Shown here in pieces: positions 10,048 through 21,700 of a stretch of 64,000 nucleotides of DNA. The translations under genes were made by a program, and so were the position numbers. The notes beneath the pieces were generated by a model. It was given only the letters and a program-made list of their open reading frames with translations. It did not search any database and was not told the DNA's origin. Source of the stretch: Octopus bimaculoides (Eukaryota); NCBI RefSeq assembly GCF_001194135.2, contig NC_068990.1:61214858-61278857 (forward strand), in the 5' to 3' direction. Each line of letters opens with the position of its first letter. Position 1 is the first letter of the stretch.

Positions 10048-11862
10048 AAGTCGGGGTGCGTTGTGTTCCATTACTAAATAAATGAAAAATGTATGGTAAA
10101 TAAACAAACAACATAACATATACTGAATGTACAATCAGACAGGAGACACACACAGAAAGTCCCTAATTCTTCATCAGTTATCAGCCAAATGGTCATACTC
10201 AGTTTCACACCATTAATGATAAGATTGGGAACTTCCCATGCTGGCAGTGCCTGTGAAAGTTGCAGAGAATATAGGGCCAAGAGCAAACAAAACAATACAA
10301 TACAATACAGAGTGGATATACAAAAGTGAATAACTGTGATTTAAGACGATGGACAAAGACAAAATTAATAAGAAAGAAGCAAAATATAGCCCCAGAGCCA
10401 AAAAGACAAGAGTGGTGGGTAACACCTAGAAGACATCCTGAAGGTTAGAAAACTGAAACATAGAGAATTTGCAACTGGTGTGAAAAAGGGAGAGAAAGAA
10501 AGGAAAGTTGGCCATGAGTCACATGACAGCAGCTTGTTGTTGTCACTCTGTCACTTACAGCGTCAAGGGTTCCAGTTGATCCGATCAACGGAACAGCCTG
10601 ATCGTGAAATTAACGTGCAAGTGGCTGAGCACTCCACAGACACGTGTACCCTTAACGTAGTTCTCGGGGATATTCAGCGTGACACAATGTGACAAGGATG
10701 ACCCTTTGAATTACAGGCACAACAGAAACAGGAAATAAGAGTGAGAGAAAGTTGGGGCGAAAGAGTACAGCAGGGTTCGCCACCATCCCGTGCCGGAGCC
10801 TCGTGGAGTTTTAGGTGTTTTCGTTCAATAAACACTCACAACGCCCGGTCTGGGAATCGAAACCACGATCCTATGACCGCAAGTCCGCTGCCCTAACCAC
10901 TGGGCCATTGCGCCTCCACGCATGACAGCAGCAAGCAGAGGAGAAAGAGGGCAAGAGAGTGGGAGAGACTGAGTGAGAGAGAGAAAATAGGAGTAGGGAT
11001 GAAGGGGGGGAAAGGAGAAAAGCTAGAAATAGAAGCAGGCAAAAGAGAGAAAAGGAGAAAGAGTGAAGGCAAGAATTAATCACATGGATTTATTTTATTT
11101 ATTTATACTTGTTTCAGTCATTTGACTGCAGCCATGCTGGAGCACCGCCTTTAGTTGAAGAAATCAACCCCAGGAATTATTCTATCGTCCTCTTTTGCCA
11201 AACCGCTAAGTATATAAAAAATCTACTGTTATGTTTATCTATCATACATATCTTCATTTGTTAAGTAATGGAACACAATGCACCCCGACTTGTATTAACA
11301 GTAAGTTTCTTATATATCCATGTGACTTTAAATTCTTGCTTTCACTCTTTCTTTTCTCTCTCTCGCCCTCTTGTATTCCTAGCCTTTCTCATTCCCCCCC
11401 CCCACTTCATCTCTGTCACTCTCTCCACTGCCTGCTGCTGTCATGTGATCCGTAGCCAGCTTTCCTTTCTTTTTTTCTCTTCCTTTTTCACACCGGTCAC
11501 AAATTCTTCCTGTCTCACTGTTTTCTGTCCTTTAGGATGTCTTCTGAGTGTTACCCACCATTCTTGTCTTTTTGGCCCTGAGGCTATATTTTGCTCATTT
11601 CTTATTTATGTCGTCTTAAATCACATTCACTTTCGTATGTCCACTCTATATTGTTTTGTTGCTCTTGGCCCTATATTCTCCACAACTTTCGCAGGCACCA
11701 CCAGCATGGGAAATTCTCAGTCTTATCATTAATGGTGTGAAACTGATTAACATTTGGTTGATAACCGATGAAGAATTAGGGACCTTCTCTGTATCTCCTG
11801 TCCAGTTGTACACTCAGTATACATTATGCTGTTTGTTTATTTACCATACATTTTTTCATTTA
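10048..11862. repeat. Diverged inverted duplication of an unclassified unit of about 600 bp
   Basis: 10048-11089 (excluding the SINE at 10534-10919) aligns in reverse complement with 11316-11862, and its first 60 nt also with 11229-11291. ORFs 10074-10295(-) and 11656-11871(+) share LLALYS.QLSQA.PAWE...LIINGVKL...WLITDEELGTF. Confidence 0.85.
10534..10919 (-). mobile_element. Family A SINE with TSD
   Basis: CATGACAGCAGC is duplicated at 10522-10533 and 10921-10932. The empty site is present in the paralogous arm at about 11431-11445. Confidence 0.9.
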
Positions 11863-11880
11863 TATATATAATCTTTTTTT

Positions 11881-12021
11881 TTTGTGGGTTAACAAAGCAA
11901 ATGAAGAGATCTTCACAACTCTTCAAGTGCACCACATGGAAGTACTAACATTCCATGTGGCAAGATCGAACAATTGTGAAAATCTCACACGAAACAATTG
12001 GGTACCTTGTTAACCCACAAA
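11881..12021. repeat. Highly self-complementary 141-bp unit (MITE-like or structured RNA)
   Basis: Perfect 15-bp inverted ends (11881-11895 and 12007-12021). Internal hairpins TGAAGAG/CTCTTCA and CCACATGGAA/TTCCATGTGG. Confidence 0.6.
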
Positions 12022-12503
12022 GTACATTTGCTGACCAATGTGAGGCTGAGCACTCATTTTTACTGTTCTATGTTGGAGTGTGTGTGCGTGTGGTGGAGGC
12101 ACATGACAGTGGTAAGGATGCTGGACTCATGATCATAAGATTATAGTTTCAATTCCTAGACTGGGAAATGCGTTGTGTTCTTGAGCAAAACACTTCATTT
12201 TCCACTGCCCCAATCCACTCAGCTAGCAAAAATGAGTAATCTTGTGACAGACTAGCATCTCATCCAGGCTGGGAATTTATATGCCACGGAAACTGGCTCT
12301 TATGAATCAGCATGACTCGAGAAGGTAACTTTTTTTTTTATATGTATGTGATATATATTTTTATATATATCGTCATCATTGTAACATCCACTTTTCAATG
12401 CCTGCATGAGGCTGACAGAGTTCAGTTGAAGGTAATCTTTGTTTTACAAGTTGCTTGGTGATGTCACTAGTGCTGGTGACACGAGATATACAAATATATA
12501 TAT

Positions 12504-12534
<31 letters not shown>

Positions 12535-12565
12535 CCTTTTCAGTTCTATATTTAAGGGACGAGGA

Positions 12566-12857
12566 ATTATTTACATTATTTACATTAGACGAATATTCGT
12601 CTTCATCTTGTTTGTTGTTAACACAACGTTTCGGCTGATATACCCTCCAGCCTTCGTCAGGTGTCTTGGGGAAATTTCGAACCTGGGTTCTCATTCCTAT
12701 CGATGTTACTATTATTATTATTATTATTATATTATTATTATAATTATTATATTATTACTATTATTAATCAGGTCGCTGCCGTGAATCGAACTCGGAACCT
12801 TGGGGTTAGTAGCCCGCGCTCTTAACCACTACGCCATATGCCCGTGGGCATATGGCG
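12566..12857 (-). mobile_element. tRNA-headed non-autonomous element with (AAT)n linker and hammerhead-containing PLE-like tail
   Basis: A box TGGCGTAGTGG (12836-12826) and B box GAGTTCGATTC (12793-12783), (AAT)n at about 12708-12768, then a 137-bp tail containing CTGACGA...GAAAC. Confidence 0.7.
12620..12665 (-). ncRNA. Minimal type I hammerhead ribozyme motif (predicted)
   Basis: Exact reverse complement of 12893-12938. Confidence 0.55.
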
Positions 12858-12892
12858 ATAGGAATGAGAACCCAGGTTCGAAATTTCCCCAA

Positions 12893-12938
12893 GACACCTG
12901 ACGAAGGCTGGAGGGTATATCAGCCGAAACGTTGTGTT
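12893..12938 (+). ncRNA. Minimal type I hammerhead ribozyme motif (predicted)
   Basis: GACAC (stem I), CTGACGA, extra A, GGCTG/CAGCC (stem II), GAAAC-GT-T (palindromic AACGTT stem III, H17=U), GTGTT (stem I). Activity untested. Confidence 0.55.
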
Positions 12939-13195
12939 AACAACAAACAAGATGAGGACGAATATCCGTCAAATGTAAATAATGTAAATAATATATTCTT
13001 TTATTTGTCATTTTACTGCAACCATGCTGGAGCAATGCCTTTTAGTCAAAGAAATCGACCCCACAACTTATTCTTTGTAAGCCTAGTACTAATTCTATCA
13101 GTCTCTTTTGCTGAACCACTAAGTTATGGGGATGTAAACACACCAACATCAGATGCCAAGCAGTGATGGGGGGACAAACACAGACACACAGGCAT

Positions 13196-13228
<33 letters not shown>

Positions 13229-13350
13229 CAAAATTTAAATAATAAGGGTGATAAATTGAATATTAATTTGATTAATATCAATTTAAAAACCAGTGGCCTA
13301 GCATATTGAAAAATTCTGAAGATTCAGAAAAATTATGTTACATACATATA

Positions 13351-13430
13351 AGAGGGATGACCACTAAGTCGACAGATCGTAGGTGATCTACTTCTAGCAT
13401 AATGGATGTCCACTTAGTGGTCATCCCTCA
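13351..13430. mobile_element. 80-bp Tc1/mariner-type MITE
   Basis: Perfect 18-bp inverted repeat GAGGGATGACCACTAAGT (13352-13369 and 13412-13429) with TA on both sides, nested in a family B SINE. Confidence 0.6.
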
Positions 13431-13740
13431 TATCTATATGTGTATATGTATATATATATATATATATACATGATGGGCTTCTTACAGTTTTCATCTGCTA
13501 AATCCACTCACAAGGCTTTGGTTGGCCTGATGCTATAATAGAAGACACTTGCCCAAGGTGCCAAGCAGTGAGACTGACCTGGGAACCGTGTAGTTGGGAA
13601 GCAAGCTTCTTATCACACAGCCAAATGTGTGTGCATGACAAAGAAACTGAAACTCAGTAATGTGTCTTATGGCTGTTTTAGTTCTACTTTGCTTGAAACC
13701 ATGTAAACATGTGGAAATTACCAATTCCAAACTCACATTA

Positions 13741-13783
<43 letters not shown>

Positions 13784-14075
13784 GATAACAAATTCCTGAC
13801 TTTAGAGATACAACCCTTTTGTAGGGAAGTAGTCTTTTAAGTCCTTATGGTGTGGGTGGATTTACTGCATCAATAGCAGTAAAAAGCATTTAAAATTAAC
13901 GACAGACTCGCTTCAGTTGGTGTTCTTACTAATCCAAGTTGACCAAGAAAATCATTCGTAAGAGGGGGTTTGTTCATTTTTCAAGTCACTTATACATATC
14001 CAGTTATCTGCAGGACTGATAGGTGGGGAAATTTGGCCATAATGTTCTTATCCCTGAAAAAAACTGGTGACTTAC

Positions 14076-14129
14076 TTGTGGCAGAAGCACAAAATTGTTT
14101 TCATAGAGGTTCTCAAGAATTGAAACACA
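14076..14129 (-). CDS. Candidate 54-nt internal exon (CVSILENLYENNFVLLPQ or VFQFLRTSMKTILCFCH), gene unknown
   Basis: Acceptor TTGTTCGCATTTCCAG| and donor |GTAAGT, length divisible by 3, two open frames. No homology recognised. Confidence 0.25.
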
Positions 14130-14505
14130 CTGGAAATGCGAACAATAGGAAAGCATATTTTGAAAACAGAAATTTGGTTTTAGTGACAGATCTAGGGATT
14201 TTCCAGGTAAGGGTTGACCATGTACCTATGTAGGCCTGGGTGAGATTGTGTGTGAAAGACCTGAAGTTGCCCATACCTTCCGCAAGTCACTACTATTGTC
14301 CAAGGGAAATGATAATACAGTTTGGCACTTGCACTTATAATAAAGTATCTTATCCGATCCTTGACAGTTCCACCAACCTACTTCCCTAAATTGGTTCTTT
14401 TTCTTACCAACTCTGAAGAGTAAAGTTGACTAAGGGCAGAATATGAACTCACAGCACACTGTGTTAGAACAAGTACAATAAAGTATTCTATCCAATGCCC
14501 TAGTG

Positions 14506-14757
14506 CAGAGATGCTCAACCATTTTTTGCCCATGGATCCCTTTGATTCCTATTTCACTCAGATTGTTCATCCTAACCATTTCATATTTAAAAATATGATA
14601 GTTTTATAATTAAATATTATTAGGAATTGTATAAATGTAATTATAAAAATATTTTGTGCATTATAGAAGTATAACTAATTTATTGTGCATTTACTTTAAC
14701 CACAAAATCTTTATGGACCCCGCCAAACGTTATATAGACCCCAGTTGAGAAACACTG
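14506..14757. mobile_element. hAT-type MITE
   Basis: Ends CAGAGATGCTCAAC and GTTGAGAAACACTG, degenerate 8-bp flanks CCCTAGTG/GTCTAATG. Related copy at 44054-44288. Confidence 0.55.
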
Positions 14758-16458
14758 GTCTAATGACTATGACAATTTTACTTTTAATTAACTGATGTAA
14801 TATATAATTAAATCAGTAAAAACCTTATTTATACCAATTTCAAGATGTGTGCAATGAAATACATAAACGTATGAATTTTTCATAGGTACATAAACTATTG
14901 AAAATAAGCTTATGCAATGTTCATGCCTTTCTCATGGTATTAACAGCATGAGCAAAGTGAAATCTATGATTAAGTGTACAATGTTAAATAAATAGATAGA
15001 GGCATAAGTGCAGATGAGTCTAAGAAGTGTGCCTCCCAACCACATGGCAATAAGGATGTTGTCTTCTATAGCCCTAGGCCAATCAAAGCCATGTGAGTGG
15101 ATTTGATAAATGGAAACCGAAAGCCAATCATGTGTGCGTGCGCATGTTTGTGTCTGTCCCACCACCCCTGATTGACAACTGGTGTTGGTTTGTTTACATC
15201 TCCATAACATAGCAGTTCAGCAAAAGAGACAACACAATAAGTACTAAGGTTAAAATTTTTTTTTTAAATAACTACTAGTATTGAGTTGGTTCACTAAAGC
15301 CTAAAAGGTGGTGCTCCAAAAGGGTTGCAGCCCAATGACTGAAACCCATAAAAGATAAAAGACACTGAAAAAGAAAAAGAATAAAAACTAAAAAATAAAA
15401 AAAAGTAAAAAATACATATATTCCATTTGTTTATTTCGACCAAAATGAAAATAATTTCAAATATTTTTTAACTGAAAATACAAAAAAGAGAAACCTACAA
15501 CTGTCACATAATTCCATAAGTTTTAAAAAAGGCAAGATATTTGTACAGATCAATCTTTCTAATGTATTTGGCTCATGTTTTCCACAGAATTAGGCACTGA
15601 TTCTAGATTAGATTTTAAATAGAATTTCTCTTTGACAAATATTTCTTGCCTGTATCATATGTGCAAGAATGGCCAAGAGGCCAACACATTGTAGTAGTTT
15701 GGAGGAAAAAAAAAAAAAACTTAAAAATTTTTTTAAATGCCTTCAATCAAGACAACACCAAATTTTGCTGCATTCACAGCAATGATTATTTTATAAGTCA
15801 CTGAAATTGGAAATTCCAAAAATATTTGAAGACAAAAAATAAATAAGAATNNNNNNNNNNNNNNNNNNNNNNNNNNNNNNNNNNNNNNNNNNNNNNNNNN
15901 NNNNNNNNNNNNNNNNNNNNNNNNNNNNNNNNNNNNNNNNNNNNNNNNNNNNNNNNNNNNNNNNNNNNNNNNNNNNNNNNNNNNNNNNNNNNNNNNNNNN
16001 NNNNNNNNNNNNNNNNNNNNNNNNNNNNNNNNNNNNNNNNNNNNNNNNNNNNNNNNNNNNNNNNNNNNNNNNNNNNNNNNNNNNNNNNNNNNNNNNNNNN
16101 NNNNNNNNNNNNNNNNNNNNNNNNNNNNNNNNNNNNNNNNNNNNNNNNNNNNNNNNNNNNNNNNNNNNNNNNNNNNNNNNNNNNNNNNNNNNNNNNNNNN
16201 NNNNNNNNNNNNNNNNNNNNNNNNNNNNNNNNNNNNNNNNNNNNNNNNNNNNNNNNNNNNNNNNNNNNNNNNNNNNNNNNNNNNNNNNNNNNNNNNNNNN
16301 NNNNNNNNNNNNNNNNNNNNNNNNNNNNNNNNNNNNTATATATATATATATATATATCTACATACATATATATATGCACAGACACCCTCTCCAAATGTAT
16401 CCTCATGAAATAATTGACAAGTGAAATAATACGTTCATAGATTTACTGTAACAAACAA

Positions 16459-17163
16459 CTATTCAGTCACCTGAAGGTTTCTCATATTAGCAGAAACAGT
16501 CTCTATTTCCTGCTTACATAAAGAAAAATTCGTCTCTTCAAGAATGTCAGAAGCTATTTTTAGCATTGCAAAGTTCAAATTATCAAAGGAACGGGATCTT
16601 GTAAGAGAACACGACGACGATGACGATGACGACGACGTATATTTAATAGGAGACGATGAGTTAGATTTTGATTGAGGTTCTAAACTATCATTTTCTTGAG
16701 AAACGTTGCTAGGTAATGGCTCCATTAGGCGCCAAGGTACTTCATAAGGTCTCCGGAATCGACGAATCCTACCAAGACGATACCTCTCTAATCGCCTTGA
16801 ACGCATGTCTGCTTCTATGCTTTCAGTTCTTTTTTGGTAATTCTTAAAAAAGTCCAAGTTATTCTCTTCAAATGTGTCTTGAATCCAGATATTGGAAGAT
16901 GGCTGATTAGATCCTATTGTAACTTTTGCAATGTATTCAGGATTAAAATGAATTACTCCAATTTTCTTTTTGCCCTGTTGCCTATTATCCATATTCTTGT
17001 AAAGCCTTGCAACACGAGAGGTCGTCTGTTTTTCTCGCAAGTATTGCTTTCGGCTTTCTGTGACAGTACTCAGCATTCCGAGTTCATTGAGAGCCTCATC
17101 CAAGTCCATTTCTTCGGACGTCTTCCCTTTATCTGAACAACAATAGCAGGTATTAGCAGCCAT
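16459..17163 (-). CDS. 234-aa protein of unknown function, whole CDS in one exon (or terminal coding exon)
   Basis: Longest gap-free ORF, non-repetitive apart from a Ser tract, CpG-containing. Preceded by a long pyrimidine tract and TTTTACAG| (AG at 17174-17173), then CATTCCATA ATG. The 9 nt before the ATG are in frame (H-S-I), so an upstream coding exon is possible. Confidence 0.75.
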   Translation of the reverse strand: MAANTCYCCSDKGKTSEEMDLDEALNELGMLSTVTESRKQYLREKQTTSRVARLYKNMDNRQQGKKKIGVIHFNPEYIAKVTIGSNQPSSNIWIQDTFEENNLDFFKNYQKRTESIEADMRSRRLERYRLGRIRRFRRPYEVPWRLMEPLPSNVSQENDSLEPQSKSNSSSPIKYTSSSSSSSSCSLTRSRSFDNLNFAMLKIASDILEETNFSLCKQEIETVSANMRNLQVTE

Positions 17164-17172
17164 TATGGAATG

Positions 17173-17200
17173 CTGTAAAAAAAAAAAAAAAAGAGAGAAA
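17173..17200 (-). promoter_or_regulatory. 3' splice site (polypyrimidine tract + CAG) of the 234-aa ORF exon
   Basis: Minus strand TTTTTTCTCTC(T)nACAG|CATTCCATAATG. Confidence 0.7.
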
Positions 17201-18662
17201 AAATATATATGAAGAATTTTTATAAATTAGGATCTGAAATAGTAATTTCTAGAAAATGTGCACAATTTTAACAATTTCTCAACCATTATAAATTCAATTC
17301 ATATTTCTGTTTATTTAAAGAATTGCCATCACAGAACAAAATGCTTTATTATAGTGAATTGTCTGGAGGAATTCACGGGATAAAAAAAAAAAAATAAATA
17401 AAAAAAAAAAACCCAGTCTAATCTTTATTTTCATATTTATTTTGAAGCAAGTATCTAAATATTCTAATACTTCCTAGAAGAAAAAAAGAGAGGGAGTGGA
17501 GAGTGAGGGAGATATTGAGATTATTAGGAAGAAGATGAGTTAAAGTTATTGTACTACTGATTAAGCTCAGATTTCACAACTATGAGATTTTCTATCTCTG
17601 AGTAAGGCAATTAACGCTACTTTCTTATTTTGCTTGATTAACACACCATTCCTACTTTACGTTTGGTTGGCCATGGTAGGAAGGGCATCCAACCATGAAA
17701 TCAAAAGATTCAAAAAGTAAACCATTCTAGCCATGCTAACATGGAAAACACCAATGTAAAACAGTTTTTTTTTTTTTTCTAATAAATAAAATAACAAAAT
17801 TTTTGAAACAAATTCTTGCGAAGAAAACAATATATTTTAATTGATTCTATCAACCGTTTTAATCCTTTTGAAACCAAACCACCTGAGACTATCCCTGCTT
17901 CTATGACAGAAAATTTCCTGGTTTTAAGTGATCTAAATTATAACCTTCCATCAAAATTTCATGTTAATCTAAGTTCCAAACAACAATTTAAAATAGAGCT
18001 GTTATTAAATATTAAATTTGATAACGACAAAGTTATTCTACTAACTTCTTCATTATTTTTAAAAAAAGAACATAAACAAATTCCTTGTATTTCTACGGAA
18101 ATATGGTAACAAAAACGCCAACAAAACAAAGATGACATACAGAAAAATAATGGAGATTGTTCAATTTCAGTCTAAGAAAGAATAAATAACTGACAGCCTA
18201 GATGTTGATGTCATTTAGCCCTGATTCAGTAGTCCTTTGATCAAAAGCATTCCAATCATGGCCACTATGTTCTTCTCTTGTCCACACAGTGTATCTTGGA
18301 CTACTTCATCTAATGTATTTTCCTCCTCTTTTTAAGAGAATAGGGTGTAACAGTAGGAAGATTTAATTTGTATTTCTAGTAGATCATGCAATATTGTAAT
18401 ATTTCACTGGTTGGGAGATGTTTGTGTCACAGCTGGTGATATTTTATAAGATATTAGAAGAACCTGCAGATATTCTGACACAAATGTAAAAAAGCCATCA
18501 TAATTACATATTTTAAACGTATGGAAATCCTGTGTAAACATTAAAAAAAATGTTCATATTAACAAATTGGACAAAAACTCTAGACCAATGGCATATATAT
18601 NNNNNNNNNNNNNNNNNNNNNNNNNNNNNNNNNNNNNNNNNNNNNNNNNNNNNNNNNNNNNN

Positions 18663-18700
<38 letters not shown>

Positions 18701-21700
18701 AATTAAGCTAAGGAGTGATGTGCTGAATATTGTATATATGTACATTCTAAAAATTCTCCATCTGAGATTCTTACGTGAATAGAAGCACATAATTGGGTGT
18801 ATATGCATTGACAGTTCAACCAAAACATCAATTGTAAATTTATTTACAAACACTGGGAACTCTCTTAACTCAAAACGTCGTCGCTTTGTTAGTGACCAGC
18901 TTGAACTCCCAAGAAGAACTTTAATAAAGCTCAAAGAAAAATCACTCACACACGTATACACACACAAAAAGTACATTCACTGTGAAAATATTAGAGAGCT
19001 CAGAACGAACCTGTATAAGGAAATGACAGAATGATCTTTGTTCACAGGTAGGGGACAACTGTAATGGATATGTTTTATCTCAGAGGGTTTTGAAGCAGGT
19101 TGATACTAGGCAGTAAAATAATAGATGAAAATTAGATATCGTTTATATTTTACTCGTTTCAGTCATCAAACTGCAGCCATGATGGGGCACTGCCTTCAAG
19201 AATTTTAGTCGAATGAATCGATCCCAGTGTGAACTTTCTTTTTTAAAGCTAGATACTTATTCTATCAGTCTCTTGCTGAACCGCTAAGTTACAGGGATGT
19301 AATCACACCAACACCTGTTGTTAATTAGTGGGGGGACAAACACAGACACGAAGACAGATACAAAAATACACATATACTATCTGATGGGCTTCTATCAATT
19401 TCTTGTTTCTTTACTGTCCACAAGGGGCTACACACAGAGGGGACAAACAAGGACAGACAAATGGATTAAGTCGATTATATCGACCCCAATGCATAACTGG
19501 TACTTATTTTATCGACTCCGAAAGGATGAAAGGCAAAGTCGACCTCAGCGGAATTTGAACTCAGAATGTAGCGGCAGACAAGATACCGCTAAGCATTTCG
19601 CCTGGCGTGTTAACGTTTCTGCCAGCTCACCGCTTCTATCAGTTTCTGTTTAGAAAATCCATGCACTAAGATTTGGCTGACCTAAGGCTATAGTAGAAGA
19701 GAAGACACTTGCTGAAGGTGCCACACAGGGGGACTAAACCTGAAATCATGTGGTTGGAAAGCAAACTTCTTACACACAACCAAGCCTATATATTTAAAAC
19801 AAAAATTAAAAAGAAAGTGAGCTTAAAAGAACAAAGTTTTGATTCTTTCTTCTTGTTCTGCAAGACACCTGTTCCTAATCCTCTATCATATGTTCACCTC
19901 CTTCAAACCTATACTCCACACAGTTGAGAAGTCTTGTTTTGGGAGTGCTTGGTGACCTCACCAGAGCTGGTACCACGTGAAAAGTACCCCTTGCAATCTG
20001 TAAAGTGGTTGGTGTTAGGAAGAGCATCCAGCTGTAGAAATCAGGCCAAAACAGACACTGGAGTTCAGCACAGTCCACTGGTTAATTGCTTCCTATCAAA
20101 TTGTCCAACTTGAGCTAACAGGGAAAATGGGACCTTAAACAACTTTTTTTTTAAATGATGATGAATCTAAACTGTATCATGAATAAAATATGTGAAACAA
20201 GACCAAATAATGTTTGTACTTCTTGTTAAAGCATGACTTTTCTTTGTGAAAAATGACTAGTTTAGAAACCATAGCTGAAAAGTAAAGATATTTCAAGCTA
20301 TTTCTTTCCTTATCTAATTATGGAATATTGTTTTCTATAAGATGATTAATTCTGAGTAAGGTAGGCAGACACTTTAGACGTTAATAGTCAACAACTGTAA
20401 CACCGAAGTCAAATATCCATCACATATCAGTTGGAAAAGAACTGTTGCTTTTGTCGTTGTTGTTATTGTTAGGGCTATTTTTGTCCCTGATAATGAATGT
20501 GTCTCTCTGGTCTGTACATTTGACAGATTCAATAGTAGCAGAGTTATAATGTAAACACTGGTTGGTAAATGATATATTTATCGTGCTGCTGTATTGTCCA
20601 GGGAGATTTTCAGGGTTGTTTTTATTTCAATATACCAGTAACAACATAATGATAACTGAACGTGGGTGAGATGGTGTGGGTGTGTGCTTCCCAACCACAT
20701 GGTTCCAGGTTCAGTCCCACTGTGTGACACCTTGAGCAAGTGTCTTCTACTAACAATAGCTTTGGGCCAACAAAAGCCTTGTGAGTGGATTTGGTAGATA
20801 AAAACTGAAAGAAGCCTGTCATTCATACATACATCACCAGTGTTTAATGTCTGCTTTCCATGCTAGCATGGGTTGGACAGTCTGACAGGAGCTGGCCAGG
20901 CAGAAAACTACACCAGACTTCTGTGTCTGTTTTGGCATGGTTTTTATGTCTGGATGCCCTTCCTAACACCAACCACCTTGCATGCATGCATATATTTTAT
21001 TTTTATTCTAGACCTGATGAGTGACTATATTTTTAAATAGAATTAAATGTGGATCGATTTATTTTTGAATTGAATTGATTTTATCTGTTTTACTATAACC
21101 ACAAAATGCGCGTAGTCAACTTATTGGTATTTACGTTTTATGCTTTATTGAATTCTTAGATTAGTATTTTTATAGTGTATTTTTTTCTGGATGGTGACAC
21201 TGGGGTCTTTCATTATCTGAATTGTATAATGGTGGTTCTTCTCTAAATTATATTTATATACATATATCATATATTGTGAAATTTAATTTGGTATTACTAA
21301 ATCGAATATTCCTGCACATTTGGAATGATATATTCCCTAATATTATATATATATATAAGCGCATGTGATTTATGTTTGATTGCCCAACACCACTGCTTAA
21401 CAACCCATGTTGGTGTGTTTATGTCCCTGTAACTTAGCCTCAGGCTGACCAAAACCTTGTGAGTGGATTTGGTAGACAGAAACTGAAAGAAGCCTGTCCT
21501 ATATATACAGCTTGCTCTCCTAGTCAGCAGGGATGGTATCATTCAAAAGCTAAAACAATGTGAAGTGCATGGTGACCAGTGATGTATAACATCTGATAGT
21601 CTGGTTGATACCGCGATGTGTGTGTCTTTGTCCCCCACCACCGCTTGGCAACCAGTGTTGGTGTGTTTATGTCCCTGTAACTGTGATTCAGCAAAAGATA

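Noticed and set aside
10140-10215. Type II hammerhead (GAAAC...CTGATGA on the minus strand)
   Set aside because: Stems I and II cannot be paired convincingly.
12770-12846. Functional tRNA gene
   Set aside because: A and B boxes are present but the acceptor stem does not close, and it is fused to a repeat tail, so it is a SINE-type head.
15798-16406. Long ORFs containing X runs (also 500-816, 31186-32352, 51895-52218)
   Set aside because: Open only because they cross N gaps and microsatellites.
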